A stretch of DNA of 64,000 nt from Alphaproteobacteria bacterium (GCA_965232515.1 CBDDPY010000002.1:800001-864000), one strand, 5' to 3'; counted from the first letter of the stretch, positions 1 to 10,605 are shown. Numbers and translations are program-made. Notes: a model not told the origin generated them from the letters alone.

Positions 1-986
1 TCCTCGCCGACACCGCGGCGGCGGACCGGCAGGTCAAGGTGGCGCTGGCGGTCGCCGTCTTCATGCTGGTCAGCCTGATGCTGGCGGCGACGGCCTATTA
101 TCAGCGCCGGCGGCGGCTGGCCGAGCGCATCCGCCTGCAGGAGGCGGCGCGGGCGGAGTTGGAAGACCGTGTGCGTCAACGCACGCGCGATCTGACGGAT
201 GCCAACAGACAGCTGCGCGCGGAAGTAACGGAACGCGAGCGAACCGAGCGGGAACTGCTGGCGACTCAGTCGGAATTGATCCAGGCATCCAAGCTGGCCG
301 CGCTCGGACAGATGTCGGCCGGCCTCAGCCACGAACTGAACCAGCCGCTGGCGGCAATCCGGTCCTACGCCGACAACGCCCGAGCCTTCATCGCCCGCGG
401 CAAGCCGGAAACGGCGACAGAGAATCTCGGCGGCATCGCCGAGCTGAGCGAACGGATGGCCCGGATTATCCGCAATCTCCGGACCTATGCGCGTGAGGAG
501 CCGGCGCCGACCCGGCCGACGGCGGTCGCGCCCGCGCTCCGCGAGGCCCTGGTACTGCTGGACCGGCGGCTGAGGGCAGGCAATATCGACGTGCATACCG
601 ATTTGCCGGACGAGGACGTCTTGGTGACCGGCGGCGATGTCCGGCTGCAGCAGATCCTGGTCAACCTGCTGTCGAACGCCATCGACTCAATGTCCGGCGT
701 GGCGATGCGGGAACTGCATATCCGCGTCGCGCCGGCGGGCACACAGGTTCACATCGTGGTTCGCGACACCGGCCCCGGCATTACCGAGGCCGATATCGGC
801 AATGTCTTCGATCCTTTCTTCTCGACCAAGGCTGTCGGCGATGGCATGGGCCTGGGACTGTCGATCACCTACGGAATCGTCAAACAGTTCGGCGGCCATA
901 TCGCAGCGGCGAACCATGACGACGGCGGCGCCGTCTTCACCGTGATCCTGCAGCGCGCCGACAGCGGCCGGGAAGCGGCAGAATGA
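1..986 (+). CDS. dctB: C4-dicarboxylate sensor histidine kinase, C-terminal part (5' end lies outside the window)
   Basis: TM segment, then H-box SHELNQPL, N-box NLLSNAID, G-boxes DTGPG and GMGLGL; upstream of dctD and dctPQM. Confidence 0.88.
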   Translation, partial: LADTAAADRQVKVALAVAVFMLVSLMLAATAYYQRRRRLAERIRLQEAARAELEDRVRQRTRDLTDANRQLRAEVTERERTERELLATQSELIQASKLAALGQMSAGLSHELNQPLAAIRSYADNARAFIARGKPETATENLGGIAELSERMARIIRNLRTYAREEPAPTRPTAVAPALREALVLLDRRLRAGNIDVHTDLPDEDVLVTGGDVRLQQILVNLLSNAIDSMSGVAMRELHIRVAPAGTQVHIVVRDTGPGITEADIGNVFDPFFSTKAVGDGMGLGLSITYGIVKQFGGHIAAANHDDGGAVFTVILQRADSGREAAE

Positions 987-2326
987 GCGTCGACGTCATC
1001 CTGATCGACGACGAACAGCATCTGCGGACGGCCTGCCGACAAGCGCTCGAGCTCGCCGATCTGACGGTCGACAGCTTCGCGTCAGCGGCAGGCGCGCTCG
1101 ATGCGGTCGGACCAACCTGGCCGGGCGTGGTGGTCAGCGACGTCAAGATGGCGGATCGCAACGGCCTGGAGCTGATGGCCGACGTCCTGGCGCGCGATCC
1201 CGAACTCCCGGTGATCCTGATCACCGGGCATGGCGATATCCCGATGGCGGTGCAGGCCATGCGCGACGGCGCCTATGACTTTATTGAAAAGCCGTTCGCC
1301 AACGAACGCCTGGTCGACGCGGTCCGCCGCGCACTCGAGAAGCGGCGGCTGGTGCTGGAGAACCGTGCGCTGAAGGAAAGCCTGTCGGGCGGCTCGGCGC
1401 TGGAGCGACAGCTGATCGGCCAGACGACAGCCATGCGTCAGCTGCGCGCGCAGATCACCAGCTTTGCGAACGCCGACGCCGATGTCCTGGTTGTCGGCGA
1501 GACGGGTACCGGCAAGGAACTCGTCGCCCGCAGCCTGCACGACCTGTCGCCGCGGGCGGGGGCGCGCTTCGTGCCGATCAATTGCGGCGCGCTGCCGGAG
1601 ACGATCATCGAAAGCGAACTGTTCGGCCACGAGGCGGGCGCCTTTACCGGCGCGGCGAAACCGCGCGTCGGACGGTTCGAGTATGCCGACGGCGGTACGC
1701 TCTTCCTCGACGAGATCGAGAGCATGCCGCTCGATCTGCAGACCCGCCTGCTGCGAGTGCTGCAGAACCGGAATGTCGTACGGCTGGGCGCCAACGAAGA
1801 GATCGATATCGATATTCGGGTTGTTGCAGCCGCCAAGGAGGACCTGCAGGCGGCGGCCGAACGCGGCGCCTTCCGGACGGATCTATTCTACCGGCTCAAC
1901 GTACTGACGCTGACGGTGCCGCCTCTCCGTGACCGGCGCGACGACATCCCCCAGCTGTTCGCGCACTTCCGGCGGCAGTTCGCGGAACGCTTCAGACGTG
2001 ACGTTCCGGAACCGGCCGCCAAGGATCTGGCGCGACTGACGGCGCACGATTGGCCGGGTAACGTGCGCGAGCTGCAGAACGTCGCCATGCGGTTCGCGCT
2101 GGGCTTCGGCGTCGAGATCCGGCCTGGCGACGAAACCGCTGCGGGCACAGGACGAACGCTGCCCGAACAGCTCGCCGATCTTGAACGGCTGATTATTCAG
2201 CAAACGCTGGCCCATCAGGGCGGCAGCCTGAAGTCGACTTACGAGGCCCTCGGCATCTCTCGCAAGACGCTCTACGACAAGATGCAGCGATACGGTCTCG
2301 GCGCGCCGGACACGCCGCAGAGCTGA
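983..2326 (+). CDS. dctD: Sigma-54-dependent response regulator DctD
   Basis: Receiver domain, GETGTGKE, GAFTGA, WPGNVREL, C-terminal HTH; ATGA overlap with dctB. Confidence 0.92.
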   Translation: MSVDVILIDDEQHLRTACRQALELADLTVDSFASAAGALDAVGPTWPGVVVSDVKMADRNGLELMADVLARDPELPVILITGHGDIPMAVQAMRDGAYDFIEKPFANERLVDAVRRALEKRRLVLENRALKESLSGGSALERQLIGQTTAMRQLRAQITSFANADADVLVVGETGTGKELVARSLHDLSPRAGARFVPINCGALPETIIESELFGHEAGAFTGAAKPRVGRFEYADGGTLFLDEIESMPLDLQTRLLRVLQNRNVVRLGANEEIDIDIRVVAAAKEDLQAAAERGAFRTDLFYRLNVLTLTVPPLRDRRDDIPQLFAHFRRQFAERFRRDVPEPAAKDLARLTAHDWPGNVRELQNVAMRFALGFGVEIRPGDETAAGTGRTLPEQLADLERLIIQQTLAHQGGSLKSTYEALGISRKTLYDKMQRYGLGAPDTPQS

Positions 2327-2498
2327 ACGGAGGGTCGCGCGCGGGTGGGCAACGACACAGCCTTTCGGCGCGTTGGGTGAACATCCACACACCACGCCCA
2401 TACCGGCGGCGACCGCGAGTTGTGAGTAGCGGCGTAACGCCTTGATATCAGCTCTGTTTGAGGACGCTTCAAGACATTTTCGGGTCATGCGTGGCGAT

Positions 2499-2514
2499 TG
2501 GCATGTGCCTTGCT
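2499..2514 (+). promoter_or_regulatory. Sigma-54 -24/-12 promoter of dctPQM
   Basis: TGGCATGTGCCTTGCT, GG-N10-GC spacing, directly downstream of dctD. Confidence 0.8.
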
Positions 2515-2582
2515 TTGCAGGTCGCATAATCAACCGCGGCCGCTACCTGGGGCCGCATTTCTGCACCTAGGGAGGACCTCCA

Positions 2583-3584
2583 ATGCGGAAAACCTTAATC
2601 GCCGCCGCCGGAGCGGCGCTGATGCTGACGGCCGCGCCCGCCTATGCCGCCTGCGATCCGGGCGAGATCGTCATCAAGTTCAGCCATGTCACCAACACCG
2701 ACAAGCACCCGAAAGGCATTGCCGCGACGCTGCTCGAGCAGCGCGTGAACGCGGAGATGAACGGCAAGGCCTGCATGGAGGTGTTCCCCAACTCGAGCCT
2801 CTACGACGATAACAAGGTGCTGGAAGCGCTGTTGCAGGGCGACGTGCAGCTGGCTGCGCCGTCGCTGTCGAAGTTCGAAAAGTTCACCAAGAAGTACCGT
2901 ATCTTCGACCTGCCGTTCCTGTTCAACGACATCGAGGCCGTCGACCGGTTCCAGAATTCGGCCGCCGGCGAGAAGCTGAAGAACGCCATGAAGCGCCGCG
3001 GCCTTCGGGGCCTCGCCTTCTGGCATAACGGTATGAAGCAGATGTCGGCAAACAAGCCCCTGATCTCACCGGCGGACGCCGAAGGCCTGAAGTTCCGGGT
3101 GCAGCCGTCCGACGTGCTGGTGGCGCAATTCAATGAGCTCGGCGCCAATCCGCAGAAGATGTCGTTCAAGGAGGTCTATGGCGGCCTGCAGACCGGCGTC
3201 ATCGACGGTCAGGAAAACACCTGGTCGAACATCTACGGCAAGAAGTTCTTCGAGGTGCAGGACGGCATCACCGAAACCAACCACGGCATTATCGACTATC
3301 TGGTCGTGACGTCGACGGAATGGTGGGACGAGTTGCCGGACGACGTCCGCGATCAGTTCGCGGCGATCCTGACCGAGGTCACGACGACGCGGAACCAGAA
3401 GTCGACCGAAGTCAACGAGGCCAACAAGCAGAAGATCATCGAGTCGGGCGGCAGCGTGCGCACGCTGACGTCCGAGCAGCGCCAGGCCTGGGTCGACGCC
3501 CTGACGCCGGTCTGGAAGAAGTTCGAAAAGGACATCGGCGCGGACCTGATCGAAGCGGCGCTGGCGGCCAACCAGGGAAGCTGA
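2583..3584 (+). CDS. dctP: TRAP transporter substrate-binding protein
   Basis: Signal peptide, HPKG, GLKFRVQ, DGQEN motifs; GGAGG RBS. Confidence 0.93.
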   Translation: MRKTLIAAAGAALMLTAAPAYAACDPGEIVIKFSHVTNTDKHPKGIAATLLEQRVNAEMNGKACMEVFPNSSLYDDNKVLEALLQGDVQLAAPSLSKFEKFTKKYRIFDLPFLFNDIEAVDRFQNSAAGEKLKNAMKRRGLRGLAFWHNGMKQMSANKPLISPADAEGLKFRVQPSDVLVAQFNELGANPQKMSFKEVYGGLQTGVIDGQENTWSNIYGKKFFEVQDGITETNHGIIDYLVVTSTEWWDELPDDVRDQFAAILTEVTTTRNQKSTEVNEANKQKIIESGGSVRTLTSEQRQAWVDALTPVWKKFEKDIGADLIEAALAANQGS

Positions 3585-3618
3585 TCCGCCGGCGCGGAGA
3601 CGCGCACAACGATAAGAT

Positions 3619-3659
3619 CGCGGATCGCGCGACCGGGCCAACCCGGCGCGCGATCCGCG
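3619..3659 (+). other. Intercistronic hairpin between dctP and dctQ (probable mRNA stabiliser)
   Basis: CGCGGATCGCGCG...CGCGCGATCCGCG inverted repeat with no U-tract. Confidence 0.55.
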
Positions 3660-3690
3660 GACATGACATGGCAACCGGGGAGGGAGGGCC

Positions 3691-4308
3691 ATGGCCAGCC
3701 TGTCAGGCGGCAAGTTCAGCCGAGTCGTCGATGAAATCGAAGAAACGCTGATCGCCGTTCTTCTGGGGATCATGACGCTGCTGACGTTCGCGAACGTCGT
3801 CGCGCGCTATGTGTTCAATGCCAACATTCTCTGGGCGCTGGAGGCCACGGTCTTCATCTTTGCCTGGCTGGTCTTGCTCGGCGCCTCATACGGGATCAAA
3901 AAGTCCGTACATATCGGCGTCGACGTCGTGACCCAGGCCCTGCCGGCCGCGTTCCGTCGCGTGCTGGCGATTGTCGCGGTCCTTTGCAGTCTGGCCTTTG
4001 CCGTCCTGCTGCTGATCGGCAGCTGGGAGTATTGGTATCCCTTCGTCACCAAGCGCGCCTTTCTGGAGACCGACGACGTGCCGATGCCGGAATTCCTGCA
4101 ATTCCTGGCGAACTGGCTGAACGAGGGCGAGCGCTACGAAAAAATGCCGCGCTTCATTCCCTATTTCATCCTGCCGCTGAGCATGGCGCTGCTGACCTAC
4201 CGGCTGTTGCAGGCGTCCTGGCGCGTGTTCACGGGCCAAAGCGACTCGCTGATCGCCAGCCACGAGACCGAGCAGGTCGTCGAACACGCGCGGACGCGGG
4301 AGGACTGA
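3691..4308 (+). CDS. dctQ: TRAP small permease
   Basis: 4 TM segments, NVVARY and HIGVD motifs. Confidence 0.92.
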   Translation: MASLSGGKFSRVVDEIEETLIAVLLGIMTLLTFANVVARYVFNANILWALEATVFIFAWLVLLGASYGIKKSVHIGVDVVTQALPAAFRRVLAIVAVLCSLAFAVLLLIGSWEYWYPFVTKRAFLETDDVPMPEFLQFLANWLNEGERYEKMPRFIPYFILPLSMALLTYRLLQASWRVFTGQSDSLIASHETEQVVEHARTRED

Positions 4309-4311
4309 GCC

Positions 4312-5688
4312 ATGGAAGTCGCCATCCTCTTCGCGCTCGTCATCGCACTGCTGCTGATCGGCGTGCCGATCGCCATCGCGCTCGGCCTGTCGAGCATCCT
4401 GTTCCTGCTGGCCTATTCCGAGGCCTCGCTCGCCTCGGTGGCCCAGACTCTGTTCTCGGCCTTCCACGGCCACTTCACGCTGCTGGCGATTCCGTTCTTC
4501 ATTCTGGCTTCTAGCTTCATGTCGACGGGCGGCGTCGCCCGCCGGATCATCCGCTTCGCCATTGCCGTGGTCGGGCATTTCCGCGGCGGCCTCGCCATCG
4601 CCTCGGTGTTCGCCTGCATGATGTTCGCGGCGCTCTCCGGCTCGTCGCCGGCGACGGTCGTGGCGATCGGCACCATCGTCATCGCCGGCATGCGGCAGGT
4701 CGGCTACACGACCGGTTTCGCCGCCGGCGTGATCTGCAACGCCGGCACGCTCGGTATCCTGATCCCGCCGTCGATCGTCATGGTGGTCTATGCCGCCGCG
4801 ACCGATGTCTCGGTCGGCCGCATGTTCCTGGCCGGCGTGATCCCGGGCCTGCTCGCCGGCCTGATGCTGATGGTCGGCATCTACGTGGCGGCGCGGTACC
4901 GCAATCTGCCGGCGCAGCCCTGGGCCGGTTGGGGCGAGATGATCGCGTCGGCGCGGGACGCGGGCTGGGGCCTGCTGCTGATCGTGATCATTCTGGGCGG
5001 AATCTACGGCGGCATCTTCACGCCCACCGAAGCCGCTGCCGTGGCCGCGGTCTACGCCTTCTTCATCGCCAACTTCGTCTATCGCGACATGGGACCGCTG
5101 AAGGGCGAGGCGGACGGCGAACCGCTGTCACTGTTGCAGCGGCCGCAGAGCCTGCTGACGGTGTGGTTCCACCGCGACACCAAGCAGACCCTGTTCGAGG
5201 CCGGCAAGTTGACCATCATGTTGATGTTCATCATCGCCAACGCCCTGATCCTGAAGCATGTGCTGACCGAGGAGCGGATCCCGCAGGCGATCACGGAGGC
5301 CATGCTGGCCGCCGGCTTCGGGCCGATCATGTTCCTGGTGATCGTCAACATCATCCTGCTGATCGGCGGCCAGTTCATGGAACCATCGGGCCTCCTGGTG
5401 ATCGTGGCGCCATTGGTGTTTCCGATCGCCATCGAGCTTGGCATCGATCCGATCCATCTCGGCATCATCATGGTGGTGAACATGGAAATCGGCATGATCA
5501 CGCCGCCGGTCGGGCTCAATTTGTTCGTCACCGCGGGGGTGGCAGGAATGTCGGTCATCAACGTGGTCAAGGCGGCGATGCCCTGGGTCGGGATCATGTT
5601 CGTATTCCTGATCCTGGTGACCTACGTGCCGATCATCTCGACTTGGCTGCCGACCTTGCTAATGGGGCCGGAGATCTTGACGCGCTAA
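4312..5688 (+). CDS. dctM: TRAP large permease
   Basis: LAIPFF, SGSSPAT, GILIPPS, ITPPVG motifs. Confidence 0.94.
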   Translation: MEVAILFALVIALLLIGVPIAIALGLSSILFLLAYSEASLASVAQTLFSAFHGHFTLLAIPFFILASSFMSTGGVARRIIRFAIAVVGHFRGGLAIASVFACMMFAALSGSSPATVVAIGTIVIAGMRQVGYTTGFAAGVICNAGTLGILIPPSIVMVVYAAATDVSVGRMFLAGVIPGLLAGLMLMVGIYVAARYRNLPAQPWAGWGEMIASARDAGWGLLLIVIILGGIYGGIFTPTEAAAVAAVYAFFIANFVYRDMGPLKGEADGEPLSLLQRPQSLLTVWFHRDTKQTLFEAGKLTIMLMFIIANALILKHVLTEERIPQAITEAMLAAGFGPIMFLVIVNIILLIGGQFMEPSGLLVIVAPLVFPIAIELGIDPIHLGIIMVVNMEIGMITPPVGLNLFVTAGVAGMSVINVVKAAMPWVGIMFVFLILVTYVPIISTWLPTLLMGPEILTR

Positions 5689-6296
5689 CGGGTGATCTGC
5701 CGACGCAGCATCTCCTTTAGCAGGTGCGCGTAACCCATTGCGTCGTCAATGGCGCGGTGCGTATGCGCGTGCCCGCCAAGCCAGTCCGGCGGATAGTGCG
5801 CGCGGTTGCAGCGGTCGAAGTTCCAGCCCATGACGCCCATGACCAGGCTCGGCAGGTCGAGGCCGGTGCCGTGGAACAGCGGTTCGCCCGGAAGAGGGCC
5901 GTGCGCGAGCCGGTGGCCGGTGAAGCGGCGCAGACACCAGTCGATCCAGAGACCGTCGAAGGCGAGGGGGTGGGCGACGAACAGCGCCGGCGCGGGCAGG
6001 GCGCGGATCCAGTCGACGTAAGACACCATGACATACGCCGGCGGTTGCGGATCGCGGGTCGCATCGGCCCAGACGGCCGGATCGCCCTGCAGCCAGGCGA
6101 GCGCCGTCGGGTCGGGCTCGGCGCCGTCGAGCGTCGCCAGGCAGGCCTCGAATTGAGGGCCGATCTCGCCGTCGGGGCCCACGACCACCGAAGCGAAGCT
6201 GCGCATGGATTGCCGGCCCGGCGTCGGCCCGTCCGTCTCGATGTCTGTCACGACGTAGCAGAGCGCGCCGCCGGCCCCGGTGTCGTCGTTCGTCAT
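5685..6296 (-). CDS. DEDD/DnaQ-like 3'-5' exonuclease (RNase AS/DUF5051-like)
   Basis: DIETDGP, AFD, HRAIDDA motifs; start MTNDD at 6296 overlaps the stop of the TPR gene. Confidence 0.75.
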   Translation of the reverse strand: MTNDDTGAGGALCYVVTDIETDGPTPGRQSMRSFASVVVGPDGEIGPQFEACLATLDGAEPDPTALAWLQGDPAVWADATRDPQPPAYVMVSYVDWIRALPAPALFVAHPLAFDGLWIDWCLRRFTGHRLAHGPLPGEPLFHGTGLDLPSLVMGVMGWNFDRCNRAHYPPDWLGGHAHTHRAIDDAMGYAHLLKEMLRRQITR

Positions 6297-7855
6297 CGGG
6301 CCGGCGTCACGTCGAAAGCAATGGAGATGCGGGGTCGTTCGGCCACGAACGGCAGCACCCGGTGATAGAAGTAGGACGGGAACAGCAGCAGCAGGCCTTC
6401 CTCGGGGCGGAACACTCTGGTGGCGTGCGTTGGCTCGGCATGCACGAAGGGCGGCGGGCGGCCGAACTCGATCCAGCCGCCATGGTCGCCCGATTGCCGC
6501 ACCACGTCGGGCAGGTCGACGTAATAGACGCCGCTCAGCCAGGCCGTCGGATGCAGATGCGAGATCTGAGGCTCCGACACTTCCTGCAGGATGGTGGCCC
6601 AGGCCGTGAGGTTCCATCCGGTTGGAATGGCGCCCAGAAACGGATGGTCGCTGTCGGCCAGCAAGGTCGACATGTGCTGCTGCACAGCCTCGGCGATCAT
6701 GCGCTCGAAGGCGGCGAGCGCTGGCGGTGGCTTGACGAACAGATCGCGGGTCTGCCGGGCGACGTCGCTGCCGGCTTCGGTGTAGCGCGTCGGCGCGGTC
6801 TGCGCCTCGGCGCCGAGCGCCCGATTGAAGGCGGCGATATCGGGATAGTCGGACGGCGGCGACAGGCGCACCTGCCCCATCAAGCGGTCGTAGTCCATCA
6901 ACCGATCGGCGGCCGCGGTGTTGCCTTGGTGGCCAAATGCAATGGCCTTCAGAGATAAGGCGCTGCCGTTGCCCGGCTGTCGTGCGAGGCAGGCATCGCA
7001 GGCTTCAAGCGCGGCGCCCGCCTCGCCACGCTTCAGCAACACACAGGCCAGATTGTAGTGGGCGATCGCGTCGTCGGACGCGTTGTCAACGGCGCGCCGC
7101 AGGGCCGCCTCGGCGTCGTCCAGACGGCCGAGCTTATGCAGCACGAGGCCGAGATTGTTATGAACGCCTGGCGCGGCGGCATCGATCTCAAGCGCCTTGG
7201 CGTAAGCGTCGGCGGCTTCGGCAAAGCGCGCGGTGCGCTGCCGCACGTTGCCGATATTGACGTGGGCCGCGACGAAATCGGGCGCGCGATCGATGGCGGT
7301 CTGATAGGCCGCCGCCGCCTCGTCGAAACGGCCCATGTCTTCCAGAACCTCGCCCAGCGCGTTGCGCAGACCGGGCGCGTCTGGCGCCAGCTCGATGGCG
7401 CGTCGGAACGGCGCCTCGGCCTCGTCCGGCCGATAGAGGTCGAACAGCAGGCTGGCGAGGCCGACCCAGGCGCCGACAAGGCCAGGCGCCAGTGTGGTGG
7501 CGCGGCCATAGGCCTGCTCGGCCTCGGCGAAACGACGCCGGCGGCGCTCCAGATGCGCCAGCATCAGATGCGCATCTGCGAGATCCGGCCGTTTGTCCAG
7601 GACCGAGCGGGTCAGCCGCATCGACTGCGTGTCATCGCCGGCTTCGAGGAAGGTCATCGCGGCGGCCAGTACAATATCCGGCCGGGCCGGCGCCTGCGCG
7701 GCGGCGCGTTCATAAAGCGCCAGAGCTTCGCCGGGCCGGCCGGCCTGACGTAGCGTCTCGGCCTCGCGCAACAAAGCCGCGATCGCGCCGTCGGATGCCC
7801 CATTCGCTCCTGGTTCAGCCACCGGATTACCAACATCCCCTGATCGACCGTCCAA
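6293..7855 (-). CDS. TPR-repeat protein with C-terminal putative 2OG-Fe(II) oxygenase domain
   Basis: Many TPR repeats, then HLHPTAWLSGVYYV, FPSYFYHRV, RISIAFD; start uncertain. Confidence 0.8.
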   Translation of the reverse strand: MDGRSGDVGNPVAEPGANGASDGAIAALLREAETLRQAGRPGEALALYERAAAQAPARPDIVLAAAMTFLEAGDDTQSMRLTRSVLDKRPDLADAHLMLAHLERRRRRFAEAEQAYGRATTLAPGLVGAWVGLASLLFDLYRPDEAEAPFRRAIELAPDAPGLRNALGEVLEDMGRFDEAAAAYQTAIDRAPDFVAAHVNIGNVRQRTARFAEAADAYAKALEIDAAAPGVHNNLGLVLHKLGRLDDAEAALRRAVDNASDDAIAHYNLACVLLKRGEAGAALEACDACLARQPGNGSALSLKAIAFGHQGNTAAADRLMDYDRLMGQVRLSPPSDYPDIAAFNRALGAEAQTAPTRYTEAGSDVARQTRDLFVKPPPALAAFERMIAEAVQQHMSTLLADSDHPFLGAIPTGWNLTAWATILQEVSEPQISHLHPTAWLSGVYYVDLPDVVRQSGDHGGWIEFGRPPPFVHAEPTHATRVFRPEEGLLLLFPSYFYHRVLPFVAERPRISIAFDVTPAR

Positions 7856-7960
7856 CCGCCCGGACCGGGATCATAACGTGCCGGTTCTGCCGCGCTAAGA
7901 CCTCGTTAACCATGGCGGCGCAGTATGGCGCGACGCGAAACAGAAGAATGGTCGTCGTGA

Positions 7961-8425
7961 ATGTTCAACTGGCTTCGCGCTCTCGCCGCGTCGCCGTCTC
8001 CGGTGGGACCGCCACAACTGGTAAAACGGTTCGATACGGCCGAACCGACGATCTCGAAGGCCATGCGCGTGGAAGGCGACGGCTGGGCGATCGAGCTGGA
8101 CGAGGCGGCCGAGCTGCCTATGTTTTCCTGGCAGCCGCCGCGGCTGGAGCAGTGTCTGCTCACCCTCAGCGCCGAGATGCGGACGGAGAACGTCAGCGGC
8201 AAAACCTATCTCGAGATGTGGTGCCGGTTCACCGGCAAGGGCGAGTATTTCTCAAAAGGCCTGCATCACGCGGTCAAGGGCACAAACGACTGGGCGTCCT
8301 ATGAGACGTCGTTCCGGCTGAAGAAAGGACAGGCGCCGAACCTGCTGCGGCTAAATCTGATCGTGGGCGGGCCCGGGCGGATCTGGATCCGCCGGGTCGA
8401 GCTGCAGCAGACGCCGCTGGCATAG
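7961..8425 (+). CDS. Hypothetical protein, possible beta-sandwich fold
   Basis: Clean 154-aa ORF with plausible codon usage. Confidence 0.65.
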   Translation: MFNWLRALAASPSPVGPPQLVKRFDTAEPTISKAMRVEGDGWAIELDEAAELPMFSWQPPRLEQCLLTLSAEMRTENVSGKTYLEMWCRFTGKGEYFSKGLHHAVKGTNDWASYETSFRLKKGQAPNLLRLNLIVGGPGRIWIRRVELQQTPLA

Positions 8426-8453
8426 GCCGGAAACGGTAGGCACGGACAGGCAG

Positions 8454-8768
8454 ATGCGACGTCACAAGAAGCTGTTCGCGAAGCCGAAAGGACTGGCGCC
8501 CGCATTCATCGGGTGGACGTCTCTTCTGCTTCAGGTCGCGGGCCTGACGGCCGCTGGCCTGATCGTGACGTTCTATCGCGGGGGCTCGAACGACTGGTTC
8601 GGGTTGGCGCCGGTAATCTACGGCGCCATCGCCTTCGCCGGCTTCAGCCTGGTGGGTCTGATCATGGGGCTATACGCCAACACCAAACGGTTTTCCCTGC
8701 CGGGTTTGGTCTCGGTCCTGTCTGGCGCCTTCGCGATCAGCCTGGTCGCCTACGTGTTCTCGCAATAG
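8454..8768 (+). CDS. Hypothetical membrane protein (about 3 TM)
   Basis: Hydrophobic 104-aa ORF. Confidence 0.6.
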   Translation: MRRHKKLFAKPKGLAPAFIGWTSLLLQVAGLTAAGLIVTFYRGGSNDWFGLAPVIYGAIAFAGFSLVGLIMGLYANTKRFSLPGLVSVLSGAFAISLVAYVFSQ

Positions 8769-8793
8769 CGCGTCCGCCGTAATCCTGGCCGCG

Positions 8794-8976
8794 TCAACTC
8801 TCGTGCGCCCCGCGCCGCTCCTTGAGGGCGAGTTCGATCTGCCGCCAGGTCTGCGCCTGTTCGTCGTCGCCCGCTTGCTCGAACGACTGCGCCTTCTGCG
8901 CCGCCTCGGCGATGGCCTTGGGCCCGTGCTGCTCGAACAGCTGCCGGGCATAGTTCTGGATCTCGCTTGCCTTCAT
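8794..8976 (-). CDS. Small helical hypothetical protein (60 aa, MKASEIQNYAR...)
   Basis: GGAG RBS upstream; protein-like amphipathic sequence at the 3' end of a shadow ORF. Confidence 0.7.
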   Translation of the reverse strand: MKASEIQNYARQLFEQHGPKAIAEAAQKAQSFEQAGDDEQAQTWRQIELALKERRGAHES

Positions 8977-9150
8977 GCTCGGGGTCTCCGGTGATGTCGC
9001 TTGCCGTAAAACCTGCTTGACGAACCGCCATCCGGCATTGACTCCCGTCAAGCCGCGGATCTCGGTGCGCGATCGCTGTCTTAAAGCGACGGAACGCACT
9101 AGGGTTGCGGCCGCAACCGTTGTCGCGAGCGAGGTATCTCCGAGGGCGTC

Positions 9151-10134
9151 ATGAAGGTTCTGGTTACCGGCAGCGCCGGCCATCTTGGGGAAGCGCTGGC
9201 GCGCCGCCTGCGGGAGTTGCGCCACGACGTCGTCGGTCTCGATATCCAGGCCTCCGCGTTCACCGATGAGGTCGGATCGATCGTCGATCCGGCTTGCGTG
9301 CGACGCTGCATAGCCGGCGTCGACACGGTCATGCATGCCGCGACGCTGCACAAGCCGCATGTCGCGACGCACAGCAAGCGCGACTTCATCGACACCAATA
9401 TCAACGGCACGCTGACATTGCTGGAAGAAGCGGTGGCGGTCGGTGTCAGGTCCTTCGTGTTCACCGGCACGACCAGCGTGTTCGGCAGCGCGCTGCGTCC
9501 GCCCGAGGGCGCGCCGGCGGCCTGGGTGACGGAAGATGTCCGGCCGGTGCCGCGGAACATCTATGGCGTCAGCAAGTCGGCGGCCGAGGAACTTTGCCAT
9601 CTCTTCCACAATCGGGAAGGTCTCGCCTGCCTGGTGTTGCGGACATCGCGCTTTTTCCCTGAGGAAGACGACGATGCGCGGATCCGGCGGGACTATGCCG
9701 ACGGGAATGCGAAAACGAACGAGTTTTTGTTCCGCCGCGCCGATCTGGAAGACATTGTTTCGGCCCACCTTCTGGCCGCGGAACGCGCGCCCGACATCGG
9801 CTTCGACCGCTACATCATCAGCGCGACCACGCCGTTCCGGCCGGACGATCTGGCCGAGCTCCGAACCGATGCGCCGTCCGTTCTGGCCAGGCGCGTGCCG
9901 GCATTCGCCGCGATCTACGAACGCCTGGACTGGAAGATGTTCCGCGGCATCGATCGGGTCTATGTGAACGACAGGGCGCGAAACGATCTCGGCTGGAAGC
10001 CGATCTACGATTTCGACTACGTTCTCCGGCGTCTTGATGCCGGCGAAGACCCGCGCAGTCCGCTGGCGCGCGCGGTCGGATCGAAGGGCTATCATAGGCA
10101 AGTGTTTGCGGAAGGGCCGTATCCCGTCGAATAA
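9151..10134 (+). CDS. NAD-dependent epimerase/dehydratase (extended SDR)
   Basis: VTGSAGHLG, YGVSK. Confidence 0.88.
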   Translation: MKVLVTGSAGHLGEALARRLRELRHDVVGLDIQASAFTDEVGSIVDPACVRRCIAGVDTVMHAATLHKPHVATHSKRDFIDTNINGTLTLLEEAVAVGVRSFVFTGTTSVFGSALRPPEGAPAAWVTEDVRPVPRNIYGVSKSAAEELCHLFHNREGLACLVLRTSRFFPEEDDDARIRRDYADGNAKTNEFLFRRADLEDIVSAHLLAAERAPDIGFDRYIISATTPFRPDDLAELRTDAPSVLARRVPAFAAIYERLDWKMFRGIDRVYVNDRARNDLGWKPIYDFDYVLRRLDAGEDPRSPLARAVGSKGYHRQVFAEGPYPVE

Positions 10135-10155
10135 CCCCGGCGGGCTTGCGAATGG

Positions 10156-10599
10156 GTGACAACGCCGACCATGAAGATCGAGATCACCACTGCGCCCGAC
10201 GCCGGCGACCTGAAAACCGTGGCAGATGGCATGCGCGCCTATGAAGTCTCACGGCTCCCGGGCCTGCCGGACGAGTCCGACGACATTCACGTCGCCGCCT
10301 TCGCCCGCGCCGATAATGGCGCCGTCTGCGGCGGCATCAAGGCGAACGTCTATTGGAACGGCGTCGAGATCGACGTGCTCTGGGTGTCCGAAGACCATCG
10401 CGGCCAGGACATCGGTTCGGCGTTGATCCGAAGGGTGGAAGACTTCGCTCGCGACAATGGCGCCGTGGTGGCCTACCTGAAGACGGTCGATGCCCGGGGC
10501 TTCTACGAACGCTGCGGCTACGAGGTCTACGGCACGTTGGAGGACCGGCCGATCGGCACGGTCCTCTATCACATGAAAAAGCGGCTACGCCCGCGCTAA
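10156..10599 (+). CDS. GNAT N-acetyltransferase
   Basis: LWVSEDHRGQDIG, FYERCGY. Confidence 0.85.
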   Translation: MTTPTMKIEITTAPDAGDLKTVADGMRAYEVSRLPGLPDESDDIHVAAFARADNGAVCGGIKANVYWNGVEIDVLWVSEDHRGQDIGSALIRRVEDFARDNGAVVAYLKTVDARGFYERCGYEVYGTLEDRPIGTVLYHMKKRLRPR

Positions 10600-10605
10600 T
10601 GCGCC

